The notes below the pieces were generated by a model. It was not told the origin of the DNA. It saw nothing but the letters and a program-made list of their open reading frames with translations, and did not search any database. Source: a virus. Taken from it: a stretch of 35,085 bases of DNA. The position numbers were made by a program, and so were the translations under genes. The stretch covers positions 1 through 35,085 of the IMG/VR virus record IMGVR_UViG_3300029245_000035; one strand, given 5' to 3'. Shown here in pieces: positions 1 to 7,879 of the stretch. Positions within the stretch are counted from its first letter, which is position 1; the number at the start of each line of letters is the position of its first letter.

Positions 1-87
1 GTTGCCGTAGATCATGGTCTGGATCGCGGCGCTCGCGCTCGCGGTCGAGCCGGAAAGGCTCGTGAGGTCGGGGCAGAGGGTATAGGG
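1..87. repeat. Terminal duplication, copy 1 (identical to 34999-35085)
   Basis: Direct comparison of the two window ends: gttgccgtagatcatggtctgg...gcagagggtataggg in both. Confidence 0.97.
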
Positions 88-1050
88 GATCACCACGCCG
101 CCGTCGCGGATCACGCCGACGTTGGGGTTGGCCATGTCCGGCTCGATGGTGAACAGGCGGCGCTTCTCGTTCGTGCCGCGCAGCTGACCGATGGCCTTGA
201 GGTCTTCCTTGGTGAGCAGCAGGCGGGCGCTGCCGCCGACCTCGGTGTCCGCGCCGTAGGCAAAATAGAGGGTGTCGAGCAGGTCGACGTCCACCGCGGT
301 CACGTCCACGCTCGCGAAAATGTTCGCGCCCGCCTTGTTCTTGGCGTTCTTCATGCCGTAGAACACATGGCTGGTCTCGCCGTCGCCGTTGACGATCAGC
401 TCGGAGCCCTTGCGGCGCATGGCGCGCAGCGCCATGCCGAAGATCTTGGCGTAATAGTCCGCGGGCGTCAGGTTGCCGATGTTGCGGTCGACGAAGCTCG
501 TCACGCTCATGTCGTAGGGCTTGATCTGCGCCACACCGAAGGTGGGGTCGGTGCTCGCCGTGCGGGCCTTGCCGGCGGTGGACGCCACCGTGCCGACCTT
601 CGCGTCCAGCTCGGTGATGACATAGGGCTCCTGATACTCGCCCATGCCGGAGAGGTTGACGACCTGCACCTGGTCGATGATCGCGCTGAGGGGCGCGTCG
701 CCGCCGCGGATGTCGCGGTCCACGCCGGTGGGCTCGGCGAGCGAGGTGGTCGCGAGCGTGATGGCCTTGCGGACCTCCGCCGCGCTGAACTTGACCTCGC
801 CGCCCTTGCGCAGGATCTCCGCGCGCTCGAGAGCCTTGTCCCTGGCCTCGCCCGGAGTATCCTGCTTCTGCATGAACTGGCGGTCCTGCTCGTCGATGAG
901 GGTCTTGACCTCGGTGATCTCGCTGTTGAGGTTCTCGATCTCGGTCATCTTGCTCCGATAGTCCTCGCGCTTGCCCTCTTTGAGCAGGCTCGCGGCCTCG
1001 GTGAGCATGCCGGCGCGCTTCGCCAGCAGGTCGTTGTACTTTCTACGCAT
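1..1050 (-). CDS. Major capsid protein, HK97 fold (N-terminal 350 codons; continues at 34831-35085 through the circular junction)
   Basis: ATG at 1050-1048 is preceded by TAAGGAGG. My own translation is MRRKYNDLLAKRAGMLTEAASLLKEGK...GVAQIKPYDMSVTSFVDRNIGNLTPADYYAKIF...TMIYGN. It is open to base 1. It is absent from the ORF track because no stop lies inside this edge. It sits directly after the prohead protease. Confidence 0.85.
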   Translation of the reverse strand, partial: MRRKYNDLLAKRAGMLTEAASLLKEGKREDYRSKMTEIENLNSEITEVKTLIDEQDRQFMQKQDTPGEARDKALERAEILRKGGEVKFSAAEVRKAITLATTSLAEPTGVDRDIRGGDAPLSAIIDQVQVVNLSGMGEYQEPYVITELDAKVGTVASTAGKARTASTDPTFGVAQIKPYDMSVTSFVDRNIGNLTPADYYAKIFGMALRAMRRKGSELIVNGDGETSHVFYGMKNAKNKAGANIFASVDVTAVDVDLLDTLYFAYGADTEVGGSARLLLTKEDLKAIGQLRGTNEKRRLFTIEPDMANPNVGVIRDGGVVIPYTLCPDLTSLSGSTASASAAIQTMIYGN

Positions 1051-1061
1051 TGTGTGCCTCC

Positions 1062-1751
1062 TTAAAATCTCATTTTTTCAAGCTCCAAGGCGGCTTCGTC
1101 CGCCCAGTGCTCGTTGTTATCCGCGCCCTCCGGCGCGTGGGTCTCTTGCATTTCGGCGCCGCCGTAGCGCTTTGCCTTCACAACGCCGGCCTCCGGCTGC
1201 GCGGGCACGGCCACGAGGCTTACCTCGTAGGCGTCCGCCGCGCCGTCCAGCTCGAAGTGGCAGAGCTGCCCGTCGTACTCTCGGCCCGGCCAGTGCTCGC
1301 ACAGCGTCTTGCGCTGGTCCGCGCCGCAGATCGAGCAGTTGACGCGCTCCACCGCGCAGCCCACGCTGCACTCGCGCAGGATGCCGCCCTCGATGGCGGC
1401 GATGGTGTCTGCGGTGCTCGCCGTGCGGACCATGTAGCAGCTGAGCACCAGACGCTTGACCTCGCCCCGCTTTTCCAGATGCGCATCATAGACGCGCGCG
1501 GTCTGCGTTTCCGCACTCCAATTATGGTCGCGCAGCACAGGCTTGCCGATGTACAGTTTACCGAGCTGCTCGAGCGTCGCCTCGGTAAAGCGCTCGCCCT
1601 CGCGGTCGACCTGGTTGTCACAGGCCGTCAGGCGGAAGGTAAACACTTCATCCTCGGTCAGTTCCCGCAGCGTCTGCTCGTTGATCAGCGCGAGCTCCAG
1701 TGCGCCGGCGGTTTCTTTTTCCAGCCGTGCGGCCTTGTAGATCATTTCCAT
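1062..1751 (-). CDS. Prohead (maturation) protease, HK97 family
   Basis: Lies between portal and capsid. Contains ...GKPVLRDHNWS..., ...ECSVGC... and the C-terminal AYEVSLVAVPAQPEAG signature. I chose the start at MEMIYK (ATG 1751), which has GGAGAGGAG upstream; the longer ORF-track N-terminus is Arg-rich junk overlapping the portal gene. Confidence 0.78.
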   Translation of the reverse strand: MEMIYKAARLEKETAGALELALINEQTLRELTEDEVFTFRLTACDNQVDREGERFTEATLEQLGKLYIGKPVLRDHNWSAETQTARVYDAHLEKRGEVKRLVLSCYMVRTASTADTIAAIEGGILRECSVGCAVERVNCSICGADQRKTLCEHWPGREYDGQLCHFELDGAADAYEVSLVAVPAQPEAGVVKAKRYGGAEMQETHAPEGADNNEHWADEAALELEKMRF

Positions 1752-1756
1752 GTGGT

Positions 1757-3046
1757 TTACTCCTCTCCGGCGGCCGCGCCGCCGTTTCTCTGCGCACTCA
1801 GCTCCGGCCACAGGTCAAGCGGCACATAGTTCAGGCTCGCGCGCCTGCGGTTGCCGCCCGGCACGTTCGGCAGATCCTCCAGCGCCGCGATGTCGTCGGG
1901 ACTGAATACGCTCAGCTCGCTCATCGTGCGGTACCAGTTCGCGCGGCTCGCCGTGTCGCCCTTGAGCTCCGCCATCATGTTGATGCGCAGCTCCAGCCCC
2001 GCGGCCAGCTCGCTGTCGGTCAGCAGCTTGTAGCTCTGCTCCTCCTCATACTGGGTCACGATGGGGTGCAGCGTGCCGACGACATACTCGATCGCGTTCT
2101 GCTCATTGCTGCCGTAGGCCTGCTTGCCCTCGTTGAGCTTGTAGAGCGGCACGCCGAAGTAGCGCGCGATGTCCGTGATCGACAGCTGCTTGTTTTCCAC
2201 AAACTGCGCGTCGCGGTTCGTCCCCGCGATGCTCGTGTACTTGAGACCGAGGTCGAGGATCGCCGTCCGGTGCGCCTTGCTCGGCCCCATGTGGACGCGC
2301 TCCCACTCGGAGCGCAGCCGGTCCTTCTTGGTCACGAGCGAGCCGTCCGCCGCCTTGACCGGTTTTCCCTTGGTGTCCAGCACATAGCCGCCGAGGTCGG
2401 TGTCGGTCTCCAGCACGCCGCCCGGCTGCCCGCCGTTGGCATAGTAGCTCAGCTCATACTCCTGCGCGGCCCGCGCCGCGGCGATCACCTCGCTGGCGCG
2501 CGTCACCGTGCCGAGGCCGAGCAGGCCGTTGCGCGTGGCGTTCTTGTAGTGGCACACGTCCTCGTTCGGCAGCCGCATCACCTCGCCGGAGAAGGGATGC
2601 GTCACGTCGTACCACACGCGCCCCGCCATGTCGTGCCAGGGCTGCACCAGATACCACGGCACCGGGATCAGCTCCACCGGTTTGCCCGTGCGCTCGTCGC
2701 GCACGATCCAATCGTAGCCGTTGCCGCCCTCCAGGCGGCTCGTCTCCAGCACCTTCTTGCGAATGAACGGGGTCATAGCCTCGTTCGGCCGGATGTTCAG
2801 CAGCCGCAGCAGCTCGTGGTCCGTGCGCTCACGCGTCCTCGTGTCGATCACATAATTCGGCAGCTTCGCGATGCTGTCGCTCAGCAGCTCAATGCAGCGG
2901 TCGACCGCGCTGAGCTTGCGCGCCGCGCTCTGCGGGTCCTCACCGGCGGCCAGACCGCCGGAAGCCGTCAGGCTGCCGACCGTTACGGACTTGCTCACGG
3001 TGGGCGAGCGTGCGGTCGCCGCGCGCAGGCCCTTGATGATGCTCAT
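1757..3046 (-). CDS. Portal protein (HK97-family type)
   Basis: 429 aa, immediately downstream of terminase. Shows typical portal blocks: ...YDWIV..., ANGGQPGGVL, ITDIARYFGVPLYKL, NAIEYVVGTLHPIV. Confidence 0.9.
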   Translation of the reverse strand: MSIIKGLRAATARSPTVSKSVTVGSLTASGGLAAGEDPQSAARKLSAVDRCIELLSDSIAKLPNYVIDTRTRERTDHELLRLLNIRPNEAMTPFIRKKVLETSRLEGGNGYDWIVRDERTGKPVELIPVPWYLVQPWHDMAGRVWYDVTHPFSGEVMRLPNEDVCHYKNATRNGLLGLGTVTRASEVIAAARAAQEYELSYYANGGQPGGVLETDTDLGGYVLDTKGKPVKAADGSLVTKKDRLRSEWERVHMGPSKAHRTAILDLGLKYTSIAGTNRDAQFVENKQLSITDIARYFGVPLYKLNEGKQAYGSNEQNAIEYVVGTLHPIVTQYEEEQSYKLLTDSELAAGLELRINMMAELKGDTASRANWYRTMSELSVFSPDDIAALEDLPNVPGGNRRRASLNYVPLDLWPELSAQRNGGAAAGEE

Positions 3047-3219
3047 GCTTGACCATCACTCCCTTCGTCGTTTGCATTATCGTCAAAGCCGTCAACAACG
3101 GCCATTGCGATCAAAAGAATGCCGCCCACGATAAAGCCGGCCGGGATATAGATCATGCCCGCGCCTGCCGTAATGAGCAGCACGCCGAGTTTCAGCACGG
3201 CGTCTCGCAGCTTTTCCAC
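3043..3219 (-). CDS. Small membrane protein between terminase and portal
   Basis: GTG at 3219 follows AGGAGGAAAGCT. One hydrophobic stretch (LGVLLITAGAGMIYIPAGFIVGGILLIAMAVV) and an acidic tail. Has a 4-nt ATGA overlap with the portal start. Confidence 0.45.
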   Translation of the reverse strand: MEKLRDAVLKLGVLLITAGAGMIYIPAGFIVGGILLIAMAVVDGFDDNANDEGSDGQA

Positions 3220-3230
3220 AGCTTTCCTCC

Positions 3231-5036
3231 TCACAGCGTGAAGTCCGCCCGTGCCACCGCCGCGGCAAGATCGGGCTTCTGATTCCTGGCAACCATCCAC
3301 ACGGCCATCACGATGATGCTCGCGACCGCCGGGTCGATGCGCCCCGTTGATTTATTCTTGAGCGGCTTGATGTTGCCGTTTCCGTCCGCATGGCAGCGGA
3401 CGTTGCCGAAGGTCCAGCGGAAGCAGGTGTTGTGGACGTGCAGCAGCGTGTGGCGCTGCATCATGTCGTCCGTCTCCTTCATCGCCGGGCTCATGTTCTT
3501 GAGGTCCTGCGGGATCTCGATGATCGGCACGATCGGCGCGAGCCGCTGCGTGATGGTCCGGCTCAGATACGGGTCAAAACCTACCATCTTGAGGTCGTAG
3601 CGCTCCCGCGCCTCGCGGATGCGCTCCTCCACCGCGCCGTAGTCGATGACCTCGCCGGGGCAGAGGTCGAGGAAGCCGGCACGCGCCCAGTCCCGGTAGG
3701 GGACGTGGTCGCGCTTTTCCGCCTCGTCCACCGTCGCCTCGGGCCGCCAGATGCCATAGGGCAGCAGCACCGCCACATCCAGCCCCGGCTGGGGCGGGAA
3801 GAGCAGAACAAAGGCCGTCAGGTCGCGGCTCGTGGAAAGGTCCACGCCGCCGTAGCAGAGCTTCCCGTCCAGCTGCCGCAGCCATTCCTCGCGCTCGCGC
3901 TTTTTGCTCGGCCCCCATTGCGTCTTGTCATAGAGGTTGAGCGAGATCCAGCCGACCGACTTCGTCGTGATCCATTGGTTGAGCCGCAGCCATCGGAATA
4001 CGCGCTCTTCGGCTTCGCTGCGCTTTGCGCTCGCCGCCTCCAGGCGGATATTGCGCAGGCTCAGGTGCTTACCGAGCGATGGGTTACAGAGTTTCCACAG
4101 GCTCTCGTCCCAGATGTCCAGCGCCTCGATGTCCTCGGGATCGTCGCCGAAGGTCGCCGTCAGGCCATAGAGGATCGGCAGCCAGTTGTCCTCGTCGCGC
4201 GATAGCAGCTCGCGCTCGGCGTCGGCAAGGTCCTCGTCGCTGGCATGCCGGAGAGAGAGGACCTTGCGCACGTCGCCGCCCTCAGCGCGGATGCGCCGCA
4301 GCTGCCGCGCGTCGCGGATGGCGACCGCCTTCTCGTGGATCTCCCAGCCGATCGAGTTGCGGTCGGGGTCGTCGCCCGCGGTCGTCAGCACGATCCAAGC
4401 CGGCTGCCGCCGGCTTGCACCCGCCGCTCCGGTCATCAGATCCCACAGTTTTCGGTTTGGCTGAGCATGGAGCTCGTCGAAGATGACGCAGCTCGGTTTC
4501 GGGCCGTGCTTGCCCGCCGTCTCGGCGGAAAGCACCTGCAAGATGCCGAGCGTGATCCACTTGTAGCCGCCGTTCTCGGTTCGCACGCGCCGCCGGTATT
4601 CGATGATCTTCCGGCTTTCCACGATGTTCAACTCGCCGCGGGCGATCATTTTCGCCGTCCACGGCGCGCTCGTTGCCATAAAGACCGCCGCGCGGTAGAC
4701 GATGGAAGCGTTGTTTCGGTCGACAGCGCAGAGGTAAACCTCTGCATTCATTTCGCCGTCGGCAAAAAGGTGGTAGAGCGCAAGCGCCGCAGCCAGCTCG
4801 CTCTTGCCGTTTTTCTTCGGGATCTCGAGGTAGAGGTACCAGTACCGGCGCAGCCGCTCTGCGCTCTCATCCGTGCCCGATTCGGGCACGTCGGCGCACA
4901 TCGTGCCGTAGAACTCCATCAGCGCCTCGCGCTGCCAGTCGTAAAGGCAGAAGGGCTTGCCCGTGTCGGTCGTCGGCAGGCGCTCGACAAAGTCGCACAC
5001 GAACTGCCCCGCCTCGCGGTCGAAAACGTATGCCAT
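3231..5036 (-). CDS. terL: Terminase large subunit
   Basis: Walker A-like EIPKKNGKSELAAALAL, VIFDELHAQ (Walker B) and a C-terminal nuclease domain. ATG at 5036 (MAYVFDREAG) abuts the TerS stop. Confidence 0.92.
   Translation of the reverse strand: MAYVFDREAGQFVCDFVERLPTTDTGKPFCLYDWQREALMEFYGTMCADVPESGTDESAERLRRYWYLYLEIPKKNGKSELAAALALYHLFADGEMNAEVYLCAVDRNNASIVYRAAVFMATSAPWTAKMIARGELNIVESRKIIEYRRRVRTENGGYKWITLGILQVLSAETAGKHGPKPSCVIFDELHAQPNRKLWDLMTGAAGASRRQPAWIVLTTAGDDPDRNSIGWEIHEKAVAIRDARQLRRIRAEGGDVRKVLSLRHASDEDLADAERELLSRDEDNWLPILYGLTATFGDDPEDIEALDIWDESLWKLCNPSLGKHLSLRNIRLEAASAKRSEAEERVFRWLRLNQWITTKSVGWISLNLYDKTQWGPSKKREREEWLRQLDGKLCYGGVDLSTSRDLTAFVLLFPPQPGLDVAVLLPYGIWRPEATVDEAEKRDHVPYRDWARAGFLDLCPGEVIDYGAVEERIREARERYDLKMVGFDPYLSRTITQRLAPIVPIIEIPQDLKNMSPAMKETDDMMQRHTLLHVHNTCFRWTFGNVRCHADGNGNIKPLKNKSTGRIDPAVASIIVMAVWMVARNQKPDLAAAVARADFTL
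4873..4889. repeat. 17-bp palindrome GTGCCCGATTCGGGCAC (perfect copy)
   Basis: Read directly from the sequence. Lies inside terL, where it encodes VPESGT. Confidence 0.95.
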
Positions 5037-5037
5037 G

Positions 5038-5568
5038 CTACAGGCTCCGCGCCAGCGCGTCCGCCTGCCGCTGCCGCAGCCGCTCCGTAAACTCATCTGT
5101 CCCGCTCTCCGGCGTGAACGCCGCCGCGGGCAGATTGCTCGGCAGCACCAGCCGGCAGCGGCTCGATACCGTCAGGCCCATGTCGTTCGCGCAGTTGCGC
5201 GCCTGCTTGAAGTAGCGCTCCTGCACGCGGCCCCAGCCGTCCGCCGCCTCTAAGTCGCGCGCGTGGCCCGGCGACTGAGTCAAGGCCCGCTGCACCTCCG
5301 CCGTCGCGCTGATATACTCGTGGTGGGCGACCAGATAGCGCCCGAGGTTGTCCGCGTCGAGGTCGGTGTAGAGCCCCACGTCAATGAGCTGCTTGCCGAT
5401 CGCGCGAAACTCGCGATGCAGTTCCTTGGGCAGCCATTTGGGCGGCTTCGCCCGCTGCGGCGCCGGCACCACCACCTCACGGTCGCGCCGCGCGTCCTCC
5501 TCGGCGCGCGTCATGTGCTTGCGCCCGTTCCTCACGACCAGATCGGTCGGTTGTCTTGCTCCTGCCAT
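5038..5568 (-). CDS. terS: Terminase small subunit, P27-family type
   Basis: 176 aa directly upstream of terL. The basic N-terminus and ...LYTDLDADNLGRYLVAHHEY...ANDMGLTVSSRCRL are typical of P27-like small terminases. AAAGGAG lies upstream of ATG 5568. Confidence 0.78.
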   Translation of the reverse strand: MAGARQPTDLVVRNGRKHMTRAEEDARRDREVVVPAPQRAKPPKWLPKELHREFRAIGKQLIDVGLYTDLDADNLGRYLVAHHEYISATAEVQRALTQSPGHARDLEAADGWGRVQERYFKQARNCANDMGLTVSSRCRLVLPSNLPAAAFTPESGTDEFTERLRQRQADALARSL

Positions 5569-5660
5569 CTCCGCGCTCCTTTCTGCGCTGCCGCCGAATA
5601 TACCGCTCCATGTCCCGCTTGAGATACGGGCTTGCTGTCGTGGACATGATCCGCTCAGCT

Positions 5661-6962
5661 TCAGCGATCGTCATGCTTCCCCAGCGCGGCGACAATTGAC
5701 CTCTCACGGGCACTCAGCTCCCAAACATGTGCCGCCGCCTTCTCCGCCGCCGCCTTCTCCGCCGCCGCCTTCTCCGCCGCCGCCTTCTCCGCCGCCGCCT
5801 TCTCCGAAAGAAGAAACGCCGCGCCGTAGATGGCTTTTTTCTGTGCGCGCTGCTCGTCCAGCGCCCGTGTAAAAGCGGCGTCCTCCGCACGCACACGCAG
5901 CGCCTGCCACTTGGCGGTCGGCGCAATACGGATCGGCGTCATCACGCAGTCCGGGTAGGTGTAGCCGGGCAACTCCGCCGCACCCTCACAGGTGTTTTGC
6001 GTGTTCAGCTCATCCACCCTGCGCCACAGCTCCGGCACCGTTTCAATTTTCCAGTTTCCAAGGTTGGTCACAAAGCTTGTGCGCACATCCGCGCCGTTTT
6101 CATAGGTGATGCGGCAAGACATCGGCAAATAGTTGCATGTCCCGGCCGCGATGCTAAAAAGCGTCAGTGCCGGCGCAAAAAGGAAAAATCGGATGCCGCG
6201 CTCCGTGTAAAATCGGCAGATCTGCGAGAGGATAGAAAACGGCGGGTTGTCAATCACCACGCAGCCGTCCGGGTAGGTCTCGTGCTCATAGTCGCCTCCG
6301 GGGTAAAATGGCCGAATCACCGGCGCGCCCTGCAAGCCGTAGTGCGCCAAAGCCCAGTCGCGAATCACCTCGTAGATGTTCTGCGGCGTGTAGCAGTCGT
6401 CGGTGGTGAGTTTCGGCTTGAATTTATCCACAAATTTCTCATAATCCTCGCTGCTTTCGCTCTCGACATCTCCCCAGAAGTGGTTTCTTTCTGCCGCTGG
6501 TTTCGCCCGCTCGTGGGCGCTGACATGGATCGTCTCGATCTCGTCCATCGTGAAACCGGTCAGCGCGGTGTCGAAAGAAAGGCTGCTTAGCTCTTCCATC
6601 TCAAACTTGAGCCGCGCCGCGTCCCACTCGCCCGTCTCGGCAAGTCGGTTGTCGGCGATGATGTAGGCGCGCCGCTGCGCCTCGCTCAGGTCGCTCACCG
6701 TCACATACGGGACCTCGGTCATACCCTCGGCCCGCGCCGCCTCGACGCGCCCATGTCCGGCGATCAGGTGCTTGTCCTTGTCGATCAGCACCGGCGAGAC
6801 GAAGCCGAACTCGCGCAGGCTGCGCCGCAGCTGCTCGATCTGCTCCGGCCCGTGGATCTTTGCGTTGTTTGCATAGGGGACCAGCTCGTCGATGCGTATT
6901 GTCGGCAGGTCCTTGACCACCACGCGCACCGGCGTCTGCACTGCTGTCTGCTTATTTCCCAT
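5661..6962 (-). CDS. ParB-like nuclease domain fused to N6-adenine DNA methyltransferase
   Basis: N-terminal ParB/Srx block: IRIDELVPYANNAKIH...LIAGHGRVEAA. C-terminal half carries DDCYTP and the VVIDNPPFS catalytic motif. ATG 6962 follows ACAGGAGGCAAGGC. The C-terminal tail contains (EKAAA)x5. Confidence 0.8.
   Translation of the reverse strand: MGNKQTAVQTPVRVVVKDLPTIRIDELVPYANNAKIHGPEQIEQLRRSLREFGFVSPVLIDKDKHLIAGHGRVEAARAEGMTEVPYVTVSDLSEAQRRAYIIADNRLAETGEWDAARLKFEMEELSSLSFDTALTGFTMDEIETIHVSAHERAKPAAERNHFWGDVESESSEDYEKFVDKFKPKLTTDDCYTPQNIYEVIRDWALAHYGLQGAPVIRPFYPGGDYEHETYPDGCVVIDNPPFSILSQICRFYTERGIRFFLFAPALTLFSIAAGTCNYLPMSCRITYENGADVRTSFVTNLGNWKIETVPELWRRVDELNTQNTCEGAAELPGYTYPDCVMTPIRIAPTAKWQALRVRAEDAAFTRALDEQRAQKKAIYGAAFLLSEKAAAEKAAAEKAAAEKAAAEKAAAHVWELSARERSIVAALGKHDDR
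5731..5805. repeat. Perfect tandem repeat, 5 x 15 bp (gccgccgccttctcc)
   Basis: Read directly. Encodes AEKAA x5 in the methyltransferase C-terminal tail. Confidence 0.95.
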
Positions 6963-6992
6963 GCCTTGCCTCCTGTCGATATCTCCGATGCA

Positions 6993-7081
6993 GTCCCCGG
7001 CCCTCAACGCTGAGGGCACGGGGGACAGATCCGTGAAGGCTATGGCCGGCTTCAAGAGCCGGGGACCACACCGGACGCTTT
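6993..7081. repeat. Degenerate ~90-bp unit A (large hairpin + small hairpin)
   Basis: By-eye alignment to 7181-7267: tccccgGccctc..gagggc.cgggg ... caagagcCggggaCcacAccGgaCgcttt versus tccccgCccctc..gagggc.cgggg ... caaagagcggggaAcacGcaGgaGcttt. Confidence 0.6.
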
Positions 7082-7180
7082 AGTATCTGCCCCACCGGGC
7101 CTACGTCAATACACCACGCATCAAGCGCAGTCCTTCGGCCCAGGCAGGGCGGCGTTTTGCTTTTCTTTACTCCTGCGCAT

Positions 7181-7267
7181 TCCCCGCCCCTCGCAATTCG
7201 AGGGCCGCGGGGTAGGAGGAAATTCATGACCGCCCCGGTCAAAGAGCGGGGAACACGCAGGAGCTTT
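7181..7267. repeat. Degenerate ~90-bp unit B
   Basis: See unit A. Roughly two-thirds identity by eye, with the same hairpin order. Confidence 0.6.
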
Positions 7268-7411
7268 CCCGAAAATTCCCCGTGGGGAAAAAATCTCGCA
7301 CGAGGGAGGGCAGGCGGTTTGCAAGGGCAGCGCCCAAACTTTCTGACCCCGGGGAGGGGTCTGCAAGGAAGTCCCGCGCGACGCTCTCGCGACGCGCCCG
7401 AGCGCCCAAGC

Positions 7412-7804
7412 CTACTGCCGCGCCGCCGCGCTGCGGCGCTTTGATTTGCTGCGATTCTCGTGCATTTCTCGCGCCGTCTTGCGGCTGTGGCAGCTGTGGC
7501 AGAGGCTCTCGAGGTTGCTACGGTCGCAGAACTTTGACCAGTCGCCCTTGTGGTCGACGATGTGGTCCACGTCCGTCGCGCGGACCCGCCGTCCGTGCCG
7601 GGCGCACTCGCGGCAGAACGGCTCGCGCAAAAGCTGCGCCGGCCGCAGGTCGAGCTTCCACTCGTCGGTCTGGTACATCCAGCGCCAGGACTGCGCTTCT
7701 TCACTGCGCCGGTCGCCGCGCGGCCGATGGGCGTCGCAGTATCCATCGCTCACCAGCACGCAGCAGCCGGGATGCCGGCAGGGTCGGAGCGGCTTCAAGG
7801 CCAT
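7412..7804 (-). CDS. HNH endonuclease (packaging-associated type)
   Basis: MALKPLRPCRHPGC...GYCDAH... followed by DVDHIVDHKGDWSKFCDRSNLESLCHSCHSRKT. ATG 7804 follows GGAGGTGA. Confidence 0.85.
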   Translation of the reverse strand: MALKPLRPCRHPGCCVLVSDGYCDAHRPRGDRRSEEAQSWRWMYQTDEWKLDLRPAQLLREPFCRECARHGRRVRATDVDHIVDHKGDWSKFCDRSNLESLCHSCHSRKTAREMHENRSKSKRRSAAARQ

Positions 7805-7822
7805 CGGGCTATCACCTCCGGG

Positions 7823-7879
7823 CAAAACAAAAAGCCTGCACCGACACAAACCGCATACAGCGGATCATGTGGCGCAGGC
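7823..7879 (-). terminator. Possible Rho-independent terminator upstream of the HNH gene
   Basis: On the minus strand, GCCTGCGCCACA...TGTCGGTGCAGGC forms an imperfect long stem followed by TTTTTGTTTTG. Confidence 0.4.

Larger units (their letters stand above)
6963..7411. other. 450-bp non-coding, hairpin-dense region (candidate cos/terminase-recognition region or structured RNA)
   Basis: No credible ORF here. There are strong nested hairpins at 6993-7026 and 7182-7212, and smaller hairpins at 7046-7062, 7233-7251, about 7277-7290 and about 7345-7361. Contains two degenerate direct repeats of about 90 bp. Confidence 0.55.

Noticed and set aside
367-5090. Long plus-strand ORFs (367-1065, 1050-1829, 1700-3052, 3390-4205, 4245-5090) opposite the head and packaging genes
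   Set aside because: They are Arg/Ala/His/Val-rich shadow ORFs, typical of the antisense strand of GC-rich genes. They have no SD sequences, and recognisable capsid, protease, portal and terminase proteins are encoded on the minus strand.
5091-5115. TPESGT in TerS as another palindrome copy
   Set aside because: The DNA here (CCGGAGAGCGGGACA) is not the palindrome. This is a coincidental peptide similarity only.
5477-5674. Small ORF MTIAEAERIMSTTASPYLKRDMERYIRRQRRKE... between the methylase and terS
   Set aside because: It would overlap terS by 92 nt in another frame. The terS N-terminus looks genuine (P27-like basic start, good SD sequence), whereas this ORF has only a weak SD sequence. Left uncalled.
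5384-5926. ORFs translating to poly-Arg, (GGGGE)n or (PPPPS)n
   Set aside because: They are off-frame or antisense readings of the 15-bp tandem repeat at 5731-5805. The in-frame reading (EKAAA)n belongs to the methyltransferase.
7040-7262. CRISPR-repeat-like look of GTGTTCCCCGCTCTTTGACCGGGGCGG (minus strand), i.e. a possible mini-array or solitary repeat
   Set aside because: Only two related copies exist. They are about 188 bp apart rather than 60-70 bp, are not identical, and form different stems. There are no cas genes. The resemblance to type I-E-like repeats is limited to a GTTCCCCG...CGGGG hairpin.
6952-7746. 264-aa and 81-aa ORFs (6952-7746, 7121-7366) and plus-strand ORFs across the structured region
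   Set aside because: Arg/Ala/Ser/Pro-rich with no SD sequence. They overlap the HNH gene and run through the GC hairpins. I treat the region as non-coding.
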